In this document: positions 19,354 through 28,995 of the stretch, piece by piece
Layout: every line of letters starts with the position of its first letter
Position numbering within the stretch: position 1 is the stretch's first letter
From: Spirochaetia bacterium
GTDB taxonomy: Bacteria; Spirochaetota; Spirochaetia; DAHUYW01
DNA: 64,000 nt
Direction of reading: 5' to 3'
NCBI GenBank assembly: GCA_030041455.1
Contig: JASHNV010000119.1
Coordinates: 96,443 to 160,442, forward strand
Notes under the pieces: model-generated
What the model saw: only the letters and a program-made list of their open reading frames with translations
Told to the model about the DNA's origin: nothing
Databases searched by the model: none
Translations under genes and position numbers: made by a program

Positions 19354-19356
19354 TTC

Positions 19357-20031
19357 CTACTGGTCTCCTTCTTTTTCGCTCGAGAAATCGCTTGGGGCTG
19401 TCATGCTGCCGCTCTCTTCCTGGGCGGCCGCCTGCGGCGCGGGCTCAAGGGAGACTTTTACCCTCGCGGGCCTGAGAATGCGGTCATGGAGCATGAAGCC
19501 CTTCTGGAAGTCCTCCACGACGATCCTCGCGTCGGCGGGCGGCTCGATCTGAGCCACGCTGATCGCCTCGTGACGCGTCGGATCGAAGACCTCCCCTGCG
19601 CTCTCGAATCGACGTAGGCCGTACTTGCGGTCGAGCATCTCGGAAAGCTGTTTCTCGATGAGCCCGACGCCGGTATGGAAATTGTCGAAATCCTTCGATT
19701 CGGCCGACGAGCTGATCGCGCGCTCGAAGTTGTCGATGATCGGGATCAGGTCCTGGAGCAGCGAGGCGTTCGCGTACCTCAACGACTCCTCGCGCTCCTT
19801 CACGGAGCGCTTGCGGTAGTTCTCGAAATCGGCCGCCTTCCTGAGGTACTGATCCTTGAGCGCGCCGTTCTCTTCCTCGAGCTCCCGCAGCCGGGCTCGA
19901 AGCTTCTCCGCGTCGAGTTCCGGCCCCGCCGCCTCTCCGTCCGCCTCGCGCGCGAGATCCGGCTGCCCGCTCGCCCGCTCGCCTGGACGCTCTTCTTGCG
20001 AGGCAAAGTGCTCCGCGCTGTCTTTTGACAT
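19357..20031 (-). CDS. grpE: Nucleotide exchange factor GrpE
   Basis: ATG 20031; LRKAADFENYRKR, DNFERA, FDPTRHEA, KGFMLHDRILRPARV. Confidence 0.96.
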   Translation of the reverse strand: MSKDSAEHFASQEERPGERASGQPDLAREADGEAAGPELDAEKLRARLRELEEENGALKDQYLRKAADFENYRKRSVKEREESLRYANASLLQDLIPIIDNFERAISSSAESKDFDNFHTGVGLIEKQLSEMLDRKYGLRRFESAGEVFDPTRHEAISVAQIEPPADARIVVEDFQKGFMLHDRILRPARVKVSLEPAPQAAAQEESGSMTAPSDFSSEKEGDQ

Positions 20032-20104
20032 ACTGACCCCTGAAGTTGCTGATTGTCGCCTTGGCACTGCACCACAGCATCGCGGGCATGGTCGATGCAA
20101 ACAT

Positions 20105-20134
20105 AAGATACTCAGGGATTTGTAAATATGTCAA
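20105..20134 (-). promoter_or_regulatory. sigma70 promoter for grpE-dnaK-dnaJ
   Basis: TTGACA-N18-TATCTT. Confidence 0.65.
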
Positions 20135-20251
20135 CAAATTTGACCGTCCGAGCGGTTCGCGCCGTCGAGCTCATTACATTTTCGATTCGCTATATAATCG
20201 GGCCGCGATATCCGCGCGCCCAGGATCCCTAGGGCCGAGGTGACCGCTCCC

Positions 20252-20280
20252 TTGAACCGCACGCTCGGGCGGGATATCTT
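20252..20280 (+). promoter_or_regulatory. sigma70 promoter for the ABC operon
   Basis: TTGAAC-N17-TATCTT; then an 8-bp hairpin and AAGGAGG SD. Confidence 0.6.
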
Positions 20281-20321
20281 GTGCGTGGCTTCGCGCGCAC
20301 TCGTCGCGCGAAGGAGGTGGA

Positions 20322-21035
20322 ATGGCGATCGTCAGGCTCGACAGGGTACGCAAGACCTACGCGCTCGGAAAAACCGAGGTGGCGGCGCTGCGCGGCGTGA
20401 CCGTCGACATCCAGCGGGGGGATTTCATCTCCATCGCCGGCCCGTCGGGCTCCGGAAAGACGACCATCCTGAACCTGATCGGCTGCATCGACACGCCGAC
20501 CGAAGGCACCGTGGAGATCGACGGAAGCGTCACGAGCGGGCTCGGCGACCGCGAGATCACCCGGCTGCGCCAGCGCAAGCTCGGCTTCATCTTCCAGGCC
20601 TTCAACCTCGTCCCGGTCCTGAACGTCCGCGAGAACGTCGAGCTGCCGCTCCTGCTCGGAGGCGAGCGCGCGGGCCGAAGCGAGCGCGGGGCGTGGATCG
20701 ACCATCTTGTCGCGCAGGTCGGTCTCGACGGACGCGCCAAACACCGCCCGAGCGAGCTCTCAGGCGGCGAGCGGCAGCGCGTCGCGATCGCCCGCGCGCT
20801 CGTCACCCGGCCTTTGGTCGTGCTCGCCGACGAGCCCACGGCGAACCTCGACTCGCGCACCGCGGAGGGGATCATCGAGCTCATGAAGAGGATGAACCGC
20901 GAGCTCGGCACCACCTTCGTCTTCTCGACCCACGACGCGAGGGTCGTCGCGCTCGCCGACCATGTGATCTCCCTCGAGGACGGCCTCGTCGCCTCCGAAG
21001 AGCGCCGGGAGCGCTCGTATGCCGCTGCTCGTTAA
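20322..21035 (+). CDS. ABC transporter ATP-binding protein (LolD/MacB-type)
   Basis: GPSGSGKT, LSGGERQRV, LADEPTANLD, STHD. Confidence 0.95.
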   Translation: MAIVRLDRVRKTYALGKTEVAALRGVTVDIQRGDFISIAGPSGSGKTTILNLIGCIDTPTEGTVEIDGSVTSGLGDREITRLRQRKLGFIFQAFNLVPVLNVRENVELPLLLGGERAGRSERGAWIDHLVAQVGLDGRAKHRPSELSGGERQRVAIARALVTRPLVVLADEPTANLDSRTAEGIIELMKRMNRELGTTFVFSTHDARVVALADHVISLEDGLVASEERRERSYAAAR

Positions 21036-22338
21036 GATCGCGCTCCGCAATCTGCTCGAGCGACGCGCGAGGAGCCTCGCGGCCGGCGCCATCATCGGCG
21101 TCGGAGCCCTCGTCCTCGTCGCGGGCGGCGCCGTCATCGACGCCTCCTCCCGGGGAATCAGGCAAGCGTTCACGGCGAGCTTCACCGGCGACGTCTTCAT
21201 CGCGGAGAAGGCGGGGGCTCCGGTCTCGCTCCTCGGACTCGCTTCGGAGGGCGGCCCGGAGCCGGCCCCCTATCTCTCGGGCTACCGCAGGATCTTGGCC
21301 TACGCGAGGTCCCGGCCGGAGACTCGGGCGATCGCCGCGCAGGTCACGACCTACGCGGGAGTCAACGTCTACGGCAACGAGAACCGCGAGGACGCGCTCG
21401 CGACGGTGCTGTTCGGAATCGAGCCTGAAAGCTACCGGAAGGCCTTCGATAATCTCACGCTCGTCTCCGGCCGCTACCTCAGGCCCGGGGAGGAGGGGAT
21501 CCTGCTCTCGCGGGAGGAGGAGGAGGCGCTCCGCGGCGAGCTCGGCGTCGAGCTCCGCGCGGGCGATCGAGTCTCCCTCGCCGGGCTCGGCCGCTGCGCC
21601 TTTTGCGCGCGCGACGTCACGGTTCGCGGCATCTTCGCCTTTCGGGGGCTCGATCCGCTTGAGGCCGCCTCGGGCGGCGGCCTCCATATCGCGTACGTCG
21701 ACGCCGCGACGGCGCGCGCGCTCCGCTGGACCGTCGGTCCGCCGAGCGCCCGGGATCCGTGGAGCTTTATCCTCGTGAGGCTGAAGAACCCCGCCGACGC
21801 GAGGCGCTACATCGCTGGCCTCAACGGCTGGCTCGCGACGGAGCGCATCGACGCCCGCGCGGGAGACTGGAAGGAGGCCTCGGGCGGCTTCGGTCTCATC
21901 GCCGACGCGATGCGGATCGTCTTCGCCGCGGGGATCTTGGCGGTCGCGGCCGTCGCCCTCATCGTCGTCATGAGCGCCCTCGCGATGAGCGTCGTCGAGC
22001 GCACGGCGGAAATCGGCACGATGCGCGCGATCGGCGCCCAGCGGGGCTTCATCCGGAGGATGATCATGGTCGAGACGCTCGCCGTCTCGCTCGTCTCAGG
22101 CGGCATCGGAGCGGCGCTCGGCGCCGCGCTCGTCGGCGTCCTGGACCTCGCGCGCATCGGCGTGACGGGCTCGCTCCCGCGCATGCTCCTCGCCGGGCCG
22201 GTCTTCCGCCCCGTCGTGTCGGCGTCGTCCGTCGCCTGGGCGCTCGCGGCCGTCGTCGTCGCGGCGCTCTTCGCGCAGATCTACCCCGTGTCGGTCGCGC
22301 TCAAGGTGGAGCCGGTCCGCGCGATCCAGGCCGAATAG
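21019..22338 (+). CDS. ABC transporter permease (FtsX/MacB/LolE-type)
   Basis: ALRNL, large periplasmic loop, ERTAEIGTMRAIGA, four TM helices. Confidence 0.88.
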   Translation: MPLLVKIALRNLLERRARSLAAGAIIGVGALVLVAGGAVIDASSRGIRQAFTASFTGDVFIAEKAGAPVSLLGLASEGGPEPAPYLSGYRRILAYARSRPETRAIAAQVTTYAGVNVYGNENREDALATVLFGIEPESYRKAFDNLTLVSGRYLRPGEEGILLSREEEEALRGELGVELRAGDRVSLAGLGRCAFCARDVTVRGIFAFRGLDPLEAASGGGLHIAYVDAATARALRWTVGPPSARDPWSFILVRLKNPADARRYIAGLNGWLATERIDARAGDWKEASGGFGLIADAMRIVFAAGILAVAAVALIVVMSALAMSVVERTAEIGTMRAIGAQRGFIRRMIMVETLAVSLVSGGIGAALGAALVGVLDLARIGVTGSLPRMLLAGPVFRPVVSASSVAWALAAVVVAALFAQIYPVSVALKVEPVRAIQAE

Positions 22339-22347
22339 GCGCGGACG

Positions 22348-23640
22348 TTGGCGGCTCTCCTCCTCGCGCTGCGGAATCTCGGCCGCGGGAAAAAGCGGAC
22401 GGCGCTCCTCGGCGGCGCGATAGCCGCGAGCATGTTCGTCGTCACCCTCCTCGACGGCGTCGCGGGGGGCTTGCGCGCGAACGCCGAGGCGAGCTTCGCG
22501 CGCCTGTACGCGGGGCATCTTTTCATTCAGGGAGTCGAGAAGGACGAGGACGGACGGCGCGTCCCGGTGATCCCGGACGAGCCGGCGCTTGAGGGCGCGA
22601 TTCGAGCGTCGGGCATCGGCGTCCGCTACCTCGCCGAAAGCTCCGGGTTTCGGGGGGTGCTCCTCTCGCGAAGCGACGGGGCGAGCGAGCAGGTGGTCGG
22701 CACCGACGAGGCCGGGTGGCGCATCCTGCGCGAGCGGCTCGTCCTGAGCCAGGGCAGCTTCGACGGAATGCGCGACCCGGAGGGGATCGTCGTGAGCGAC
22801 GCCGCGGCGCGGAGCCTCGCGGCGGGGGTCGGAGACGAGGTCCTCGCGCTCCTCCACACCGCCTCAGGCGGGATGAAGGCGGGGGAGTTCACGATACGGG
22901 GCATCAGCGAGGATCCCGGGTTCGTCTCCTCCCTCGCCGCCTACGCGAATCTCCGCTACGTGAACGCCCTCCTCGGCCTCCCTCCCGGCGAGTGTCAGAC
23001 GCTCGGCATCTATCTCGCCGATCCGGACGGGATGGACGCGCAGGCGGCCAAGCTCCGCGCGGCGCTCGAGCGGAGGGTATCGCTCCTCGGAGGCGGCTCG
23101 TCCCTCGCCGCGATGACGAGCGCGGCGAGAACCGAGCGTTGGACCGGGGCCCGCTACGGGCTCTACACGCTCGACGAGCTGCTTCCCGCCCTCGCGAAGG
23201 TCGGCGCGACGATCGAGGCCGGAAGCGACGCGCTCCTCCTCGCGCTCCTCCTCGTCGTCATGGTCGGCGTCGCGAACGCCTTTCGCATGATCGCGCGCGA
23301 GCGGGCGAAGGAGATCGGCACGCTGCGGGCGCTCGGCATGCAGCGCTCGGGCGTCCGGGACCTCTTCATGCTCGAGGCGCTCTTCCTCGCGCTCGGAGGC
23401 GTCGCCCTGGGGCTCGCGGCGAGCGCGATCGCGATGGCGCTCGGGGGCCTCATCGACTTCGGCTCGGCCGGCCCGCTCTACCTGATCCTTCGCGGGGGCC
23501 ACGCTGCCTTCGCGGTATCGGCGCCCCGCCTCGCGGCCTACGCGGGGCTCACGGCGCTCCTCACGGTCCTCGCGGCGCTCCTTCCCGCGCTCCGCTCGGC
23601 GAAGCTGAGCCCCGCCGACGCGCTTCGGGCGGACCGCTGA
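22348..23640 (+). CDS. ABC transporter permease (FtsX/MacB/LolE-type)
   Basis: ALRNL, ERAKEIGTLRALG, C-terminal P.DALR; TTG start. Confidence 0.88.
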   Translation: MAALLLALRNLGRGKKRTALLGGAIAASMFVVTLLDGVAGGLRANAEASFARLYAGHLFIQGVEKDEDGRRVPVIPDEPALEGAIRASGIGVRYLAESSGFRGVLLSRSDGASEQVVGTDEAGWRILRERLVLSQGSFDGMRDPEGIVVSDAAARSLAAGVGDEVLALLHTASGGMKAGEFTIRGISEDPGFVSSLAAYANLRYVNALLGLPPGECQTLGIYLADPDGMDAQAAKLRAALERRVSLLGGGSSLAAMTSAARTERWTGARYGLYTLDELLPALAKVGATIEAGSDALLLALLLVVMVGVANAFRMIARERAKEIGTLRALGMQRSGVRDLFMLEALFLALGGVALGLAASAIAMALGGLIDFGSAGPLYLILRGGHAAFAVSAPRLAAYAGLTALLTVLAALLPALRSAKLSPADALRADR

Positions 23641-23664
23641 GTCGGGCGCGCCGTCGTGCGGCGC

Positions 23665-26600
23665 CTATTTCGACGTGCCCGATTTCGGCAGGAGCTCGAG
23701 GATAAGCTCCACCTCCCCGCGGCTCAGCTTCGTCGCCTGCGCGATCTGCGGCACCTTCCAGCCCTGGTGCGCGAGGCGGGTGACCATGTCGCGCGTGGAC
23801 ATCGAGGGAGCTCCCTTGTCGCCCTTCTTCGCCCCCGCCTTGCCTTCGTCCTTCAAGAGCGTTCCGAGCAGCTTCACCTGCTCCTCGGCCCGCTGGCCGA
23901 TCTCCTCCAGGCGGGTCTCCGTGCGCGCGAGCCACTCGCGGGCTGACTGCATCTTCTCGGTGCGCTCCTCGATCTCCTTCAGCATTCCGTCGAGCGCCTG
24001 CAGCTGCGCCACCGCCTGATCGGCCTCCTTCTTGTTCTTCGAGAGCAGCTCGATCCGTCCGGCGAGATCGGTAATCCGCGCGGGCAGCGCGGCGAGGCCG
24101 TCCTCGACGGACCGAAGGTTCTTCTCCAGACCTTCGAGGGACTGGAAGTTCTTGTCGACGCCCTCGGCGGTGACGTCGAGGATCTCCTTCTTCCCGTCGA
24201 GGCGCTCGTATTTCGCGAGCACGTCCTTCTCGAGATCCTCAAGACCCCGGATCTGCGCCTGGATCGTCTGGAGCTGGTCGTGGCTCGACGTCACCTGGCC
24301 GAGCCGGGTGTCCACCGACTGCGACATGCTGAGGAGCTTCTTGAAGTCCCCCTCCATCACCTCGATCCTTCGCTTCTCGGCGAGGAACTTCGAGAGCTTC
24401 GCCGAGACCTCGTCGCCCATCTTCTTGATCTTTTGGAAGTTCTTCTCGACCTCGCGGAGGTCCTTCGCCTGCGCTTGGAGCTTGCCCATCTGCTCCTTGA
24501 GCTCCTCGATGTCGGCGCCGAGGGAGGCCTTCAGGAGGTCGGCGCGCTCGAAGATCCTGCTCTGGACGGCGAAGTCCTTCTGCTTCTTTTCCATCTCCTG
24601 GAGGCCGAGGGAGAGGGTGCGGTAGCTCTCCTCCACCTTGCTCGAGAGCCTCTTGTGCGCCGCCTCGTTCTTCTCGAAGCTCTCGGCGCTGAAGGCGCGG
24701 AACTCCCTCATCTTCTGGTCCGCCTCGGCCTTCAGCTCGCCGGTCGTCGCCTTGAGCTCGGCGATGAACCGCTCGCGGTCCTCCTTGAGGTCGGAGAGCG
24801 CCTGCTCGCCGCGGCTGCGGAGCTCCTCCTCGAGGCGCGCGACGTCGGCCGAGAGGCGCGAAAGCTCGCTCCGCAGCTTCCCGCGCTCCTCGCTCGTCGC
24901 CTCGATGAGCTCCGAGCGCTGGGAAGCGAACTCCTCCCTGATCTGGCCGATCTCGCCGAGCGCCGCGGCCTTCAGCCCCGCGAGGCGCTCGTCGGTCTCG
25001 CCGCTCGCCTCATCGAGGCGCGCCTGGAGCTCGGTCTGCCAGGAGGCGACCTCGGCCCTCGCCGCGTCGAGGAGACCGGCGAGGTTTTCGCGATCGTTGT
25101 CCACCCGCTCGCCGAGCGCCTTCAGCTGCCTGTCGACCTCGCGCTCGTAGCCTCTCATCTGCTCGCCGATGTCGGCGCCGTAGGACTCGAACTCCCGCTT
25201 GAACAGCGCCATCGACGATTGCTTCGCCTCCGCGAGGTCCTCTCGGATCGTCTCCTCGAACTCTTTCGCGGTCGCGTCGGAGAGGTCGATTCGCTCGCCG
25301 ATCCCCTCCTCGAAGGTCATGACGCGCGCCTCGAACTGCTCGTACTGCTTGACGGTGCGGCTCTGAAGCTCGGCGAGCTTGTGGGCGAGCTCCTCGCCGT
25401 GCTCGCGCTCGATCTGCTCGCGCAGGCGCTCGTTGCGCTCGCCGAGCTCGTCGAGGCGCTCCTGGAGGCCGGTCTGCCACTCCTCCAGGCGCGCCTTCAG
25501 CTCCTCGCCGCGCGCGCGGAGGTCGGCGAAAAAGTCGTCCTCGAACACCTGGAGCTTCGAGGTGGCGCTCTCGTAGGCCTTCTCCTTGATTTCGGCGAGG
25601 CCCTTCTCCAGCCTCGCGACGTCCTCGCGGATCAGCGCGAGCTCGGCCTCCGCCTTCTTGCGCTCCTCGCCGCGCCGCTCCGCGAGCTGCCGGCCGAACT
25701 GGTCGAAGTCCCCGGTGATCCGCGCCTTGGTCTTCTCCATGAGCTCCCGCAGGTTCCGCTCCATCTCCTCGATGTCGACGTTGGCCTCCTCCATCTTCGT
25801 GAACCGGTAGGCGACGTCCGCCTCGTGCTCGCTCACGTGCGCCTCGACGTCGACGAGCCTGCTGTTCATCCGCTCCTCGAACTCGTTCGTGTTCGCCTGG
25901 AAGCGCTCGAGGACCGAGTCGGCGAGGCTCACGTTCCGCTTCTCGATGTCCTCGAGCGCCGCTTTGAAGCTCTGTTCCTTGTCGTCGACCGTGGAGGCGA
26001 GCCCGTCGAGGCGCTCGGTCACGTCGGTCTCCAGGTCCTTCACGGTCGAGCGCATCTCGTCGATGAACGCCTCGAGCTCCCGCTCCTGCTCGTCCTTCTC
26101 CTTGTCGGTGGCCGTCACGTAGGAGCCCATCCGCTCCTCCGACTCCGCCCGGAACGTCTCGTACTTGGCGTTGAACTCGAGGAGCTTGTCGTCGGCGAGC
26201 TTCTGGAGCTCCGCCTGCCATACGGCGAGCTCCGAGCGGCTCTCGCCGAGCCTCCGCGAGACCTCCTTGCGCGCCTCGTCGAGGACCCCTCGCGTCTCGG
26301 CGAGCGAAGCGGCGAGCTGCTTCTGGACCTCCCGCGCTCTGCCTTCAATGTGCGCCTTCATCTGCACGAAGACGTCGTCTTCGAGGCCTTTCGCCCGCTC
26401 GGCGACGTCGCGGAGGTTTTCCTGGTAGGTCTGCTCGATCGAGCCGACGCGCTCCTGGAACGCGTCGAGCTTCTCGGCAAGCGAGCGCTCCGTCGCGGCG
26501 ATCTCGCCTTTCAGCTGGCCGAGCAGGAGCGCGACGCGGTCGGTGGCGCCCTTGCCGCCGTCGGTCGCCTTCTCGAGGAGCACGGTGAGGTTCGTCTCGA

Positions 26601-27321
26601 ACTGCTTGCGAAGCTCGATGCTCGTGTCCTTGGCGTTCTGGAGGAAAACCTGGAAGGACGCCTGCAGGCTCTTGACCGTTTGCGCTTCGAGGGCGTCGCG
26701 CTTCGCCTCCAGGCCGCTTAGGTAGGTGGAAAAGCTCTTCACGGACCTTTCCGACTCCCCGAGCTGCCGGTCGATCGCCTGCACGTCGTCCTTCGCCGCC
26801 TTCAGCACGCGAGCGCTGACCTCCCGGAGCTCCTTTTCGTTGAGCTTCGCGAACTCGTCCTTGATGTCGGGAAGGCTCTTCTCGACCGCGGCTATGCGGA
26901 CGCCGGTCTCCTTGACGCGCTTGCTCACGGAGTCGACGAACTCCGACTCGGCGTGCAGGCGCTTGAGGTTCTCGTCGACCTTCCCGGTCATGGCGACGAG
27001 CTCGCCGAGGACCTTGTCGTACTCGGTGACTCGCGCGTGGATCTTGTCGAAGCCGTCGGTCTTGCCCTTCAGCCCGTCCTCGATGGCGGATATCCGCTTG
27101 AGGATCTCCTTCGCGGTCTTCTGCTGCACGTCGAGCTCGATCGCGACGTTCTTCAGCTCGGTGGTCTTTCCCTCCACGAAGCCGTCGAGGTCCCCCTTGA
27201 TTTTGTCGGAGTAGCGCTTGACTTTGTCGAGCGATCGGTTGTTGCGATCAAGCTGCCGATAGATGATGAGAACAATAATGACTATCAACAAGGTGAGTAT
27301 GTTACCGATCGACAGTATCAT
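23665..27321 (-). CDS. Long membrane-anchored coiled-coil protein (SpiroCoCo-like) with C-terminal HTH-like tail
   Basis: N-terminal TM then R.LDRNNRSLDKVKRY; about 1100 aa of heptads; C-terminal GWKVPQIAQATKLSRGEVELILEL. Confidence 0.85.
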   Translation of the reverse strand: MILSIGNILTLLIVIIVLIIYRQLDRNNRSLDKVKRYSDKIKGDLDGFVEGKTTELKNVAIELDVQQKTAKEILKRISAIEDGLKGKTDGFDKIHARVTEYDKVLGELVAMTGKVDENLKRLHAESEFVDSVSKRVKETGVRIAAVEKSLPDIKDEFAKLNEKELREVSARVLKAAKDDVQAIDRQLGESERSVKSFSTYLSGLEAKRDALEAQTVKSLQASFQVFLQNAKDTSIELRKQFETNLTVLLEKATDGGKGATDRVALLLGQLKGEIAATERSLAEKLDAFQERVGSIEQTYQENLRDVAERAKGLEDDVFVQMKAHIEGRAREVQKQLAASLAETRGVLDEARKEVSRRLGESRSELAVWQAELQKLADDKLLEFNAKYETFRAESEERMGSYVTATDKEKDEQERELEAFIDEMRSTVKDLETDVTERLDGLASTVDDKEQSFKAALEDIEKRNVSLADSVLERFQANTNEFEERMNSRLVDVEAHVSEHEADVAYRFTKMEEANVDIEEMERNLRELMEKTKARITGDFDQFGRQLAERRGEERKKAEAELALIREDVARLEKGLAEIKEKAYESATSKLQVFEDDFFADLRARGEELKARLEEWQTGLQERLDELGERNERLREQIEREHGEELAHKLAELQSRTVKQYEQFEARVMTFEEGIGERIDLSDATAKEFEETIREDLAEAKQSSMALFKREFESYGADIGEQMRGYEREVDRQLKALGERVDNDRENLAGLLDAARAEVASWQTELQARLDEASGETDERLAGLKAAALGEIGQIREEFASQRSELIEATSEERGKLRSELSRLSADVARLEEELRSRGEQALSDLKEDRERFIAELKATTGELKAEADQKMREFRAFSAESFEKNEAAHKRLSSKVEESYRTLSLGLQEMEKKQKDFAVQSRIFERADLLKASLGADIEELKEQMGKLQAQAKDLREVEKNFQKIKKMGDEVSAKLSKFLAEKRRIEVMEGDFKKLLSMSQSVDTRLGQVTSSHDQLQTIQAQIRGLEDLEKDVLAKYERLDGKKEILDVTAEGVDKNFQSLEGLEKNLRSVEDGLAALPARITDLAGRIELLSKNKKEADQAVAQLQALDGMLKEIEERTEKMQSAREWLARTETRLEEIGQRAEEQVKLLGTLLKDEGKAGAKKGDKGAPSMSTRDMVTRLAHQGWKVPQIAQATKLSRGEVELILELLPKSGTSK

Positions 27322-27374
27322 CGTCGTCTCCCAGTTTCGCGGAATTCATCGCACGTCGTAGTATACGGCGTTTT

Positions 27375-28040
27375 TCAAGAATGCTCCACTCTCGCGCGAA
27401 GATACTGCCTGAGCTCGCCGAAGGAGGAGAAGGTGAGGTCCGCCCGGGAGCCGGGAATCTTGGCTCGCGAGAGGTGGGCGGTCTTCATGCCGGCGTCGGC
27501 GGCGCCGACGACGTCGTAGCGGTAGTTGTTCCCGACGTACATGATCCGCTCGGGAGGAAGGCGAAGCCGCTCCGCGAGGTGGTTGAACGGCTCGGGATTG
27601 GGCTTGAGGTAGCCGGTCTCCTCGGAGGAGAAGGCGGCGGACCAGAGCCCCTCGAGCTTGAGGAACCTGAGCTTGCGCTCGACGGGGAAGTCGGAGAAGC
27701 AGGCGAGGCGCAGACCGTCGTCCTTCAGGCTCTCGAGCACCTGCCTGAGGTCCGGGAAGGGAGCGACGCGGCGGAAGGAGTCCTCCCACTCGCCGTAGAT
27801 GTCGCGCTCGATGAGCTCGGCCGCCTTCTCGGGGGCGATTCTCATCGAGAAGGCGAGAAGGTTCGCCTGGAGCTCGCGAAAATTGTAGATCGGACGAATC
27901 GTTCGGATCGCCCGGCGCACCCTGCCGAAGTGGGTGACGAGAACCGGATGGCGGAGGAAGAAAGGGATCGAATGGAAGTACATCTTGCGGCTCGGATAGA
28001 GCGTACCGTCGAGGTCGAACGCGAGAGCCTCTATATCCAT
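27375..28040 (-). CDS. HAD-superfamily hydrolase
   Basis: FDLDGTLY (motif I), SD, LKP.PEPF, YVGNNYRYDVVGA. Confidence 0.9.
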   Translation of the reverse strand: MDIEALAFDLDGTLYPSRKMYFHSIPFFLRHPVLVTHFGRVRRAIRTIRPIYNFRELQANLLAFSMRIAPEKAAELIERDIYGEWEDSFRRVAPFPDLRQVLESLKDDGLRLACFSDFPVERKLRFLKLEGLWSAAFSSEETGYLKPNPEPFNHLAERLRLPPERIMYVGNNYRYDVVGAADAGMKTAHLSRAKIPGSRADLTFSSFGELRQYLRARVEHS

Positions 28041-28041
28041 A

Positions 28042-28995
28042 TCACCCCGCGGTGTTGGCCTTGATTTCGTAGGGCAGCACCCCGGTTGCCGTTCCCGACG
28101 AGACGGGTTGAAACCGCCATCTGCCCATCCAATTCTTCAGCGCGTTGTCGAGCGAAGGATACCCCAAAGACGGGCTGATGCTCAAGGCTTCGACGTTCCC
28201 GCTCGGCTGCACCTGGAAGACGATCCGAAGCTCCGCCTTCGGGGGAAGCACGCCGTACCAAGCCGAGAGGTCGGGAGGGCCCGGGCGATAGGCGACGAGG
28301 CGACGGTCGGAGCCCGTCCACTGGATCTCGCTCCCCCCTCCGCTCGAGCCCTCGTTCGCCGCGGGCGCGCTCGGGCCTCCTCCGTCGGCCGTGCTCGAGG
28401 CCTCGCCTCCCGGCCCTATCTCGTTGAGCCGCGCGAGGCTTCCGGCGTCGAAGAAGCTGCGCGCGCTCGCCTGCGGCGACGGGCTTTCCGGCCGCGTCGC
28501 GTTGTAGGAGCTGCCCTCGCTCTGCTCCGCCGGCGCGCTCGGGGCGAGCGGCGGGGCGGGGAACGTCTGCGCGCCGGGGCCGCTCGCCTGGGCGACCGAC
28601 GCCCCGCCGCTCGACGCCTCAGGCGGCTCGGGCGGCTCGGAAGCCGCCTTCTCGAAGGCTCCCGAGCTCGCGGCCTCGACGTTCCCGCCTCGAAGCTGAT
28701 CGAGGATGCTCTGCGGAAGCGCGAACGGATTCGCGACGGGCCGCGAGGGGCGCTCTCGGGCGGCGGGGACCCCGGGCGCCTGCGCCGCGGGAAGCGACAC
28801 GCCCGCGACGGGAGGAGCCTGGTTCCCGACGAGCTCGACCGCGAGCGCCTCCGAGCTTTCGCTCCGCGGCGGCGGGGGCCAATGCGCGCCGAGCGTGACG
28901 AGCAGCAGGAGCCCGTAGAGGCCGAGCGCGACCGCGAGGCTGACCGCGAGCCTGCGCCGGTCCCCGCCGCGCGCCGCCGCTTCCCGTCCGGTCAC
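28042..28995 (-). CDS. TonB-like energy transducer
   Basis: One N-terminal TM, long Pro/Ala/Ser-rich linker, C-terminal FQVQPSGNV....S.GYPSLDNA....RWRFQP (TonB_C-like). Confidence 0.75.
   Translation of the reverse strand: MTGREAAARGGDRRRLAVSLAVALGLYGLLLLVTLGAHWPPPPRSESSEALAVELVGNQAPPVAGVSLPAAQAPGVPAARERPSRPVANPFALPQSILDQLRGGNVEAASSGAFEKAASEPPEPPEASSGGASVAQASGPGAQTFPAPPLAPSAPAEQSEGSSYNATRPESPSPQASARSFFDAGSLARLNEIGPGGEASSTADGGGPSAPAANEGSSGGGSEIQWTGSDRRLVAYRPGPPDLSAWYGVLPPKAELRIVFQVQPSGNVEALSISPSLGYPSLDNALKNWMGRWRFQPVSSGTATGVLPYEIKANTAG

Noticed and set aside
20040-20100. TTGGCACT resembling a CIRCE half-site upstream of grpE
   Set aside because: No matching second arm at 9-bp spacing on either strand.
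20140-20198. Plus-strand TTGACC and TATAAT as a promoter pair
   Set aside because: About 47 bp apart; neither has a partner at 16-18 bp spacing.
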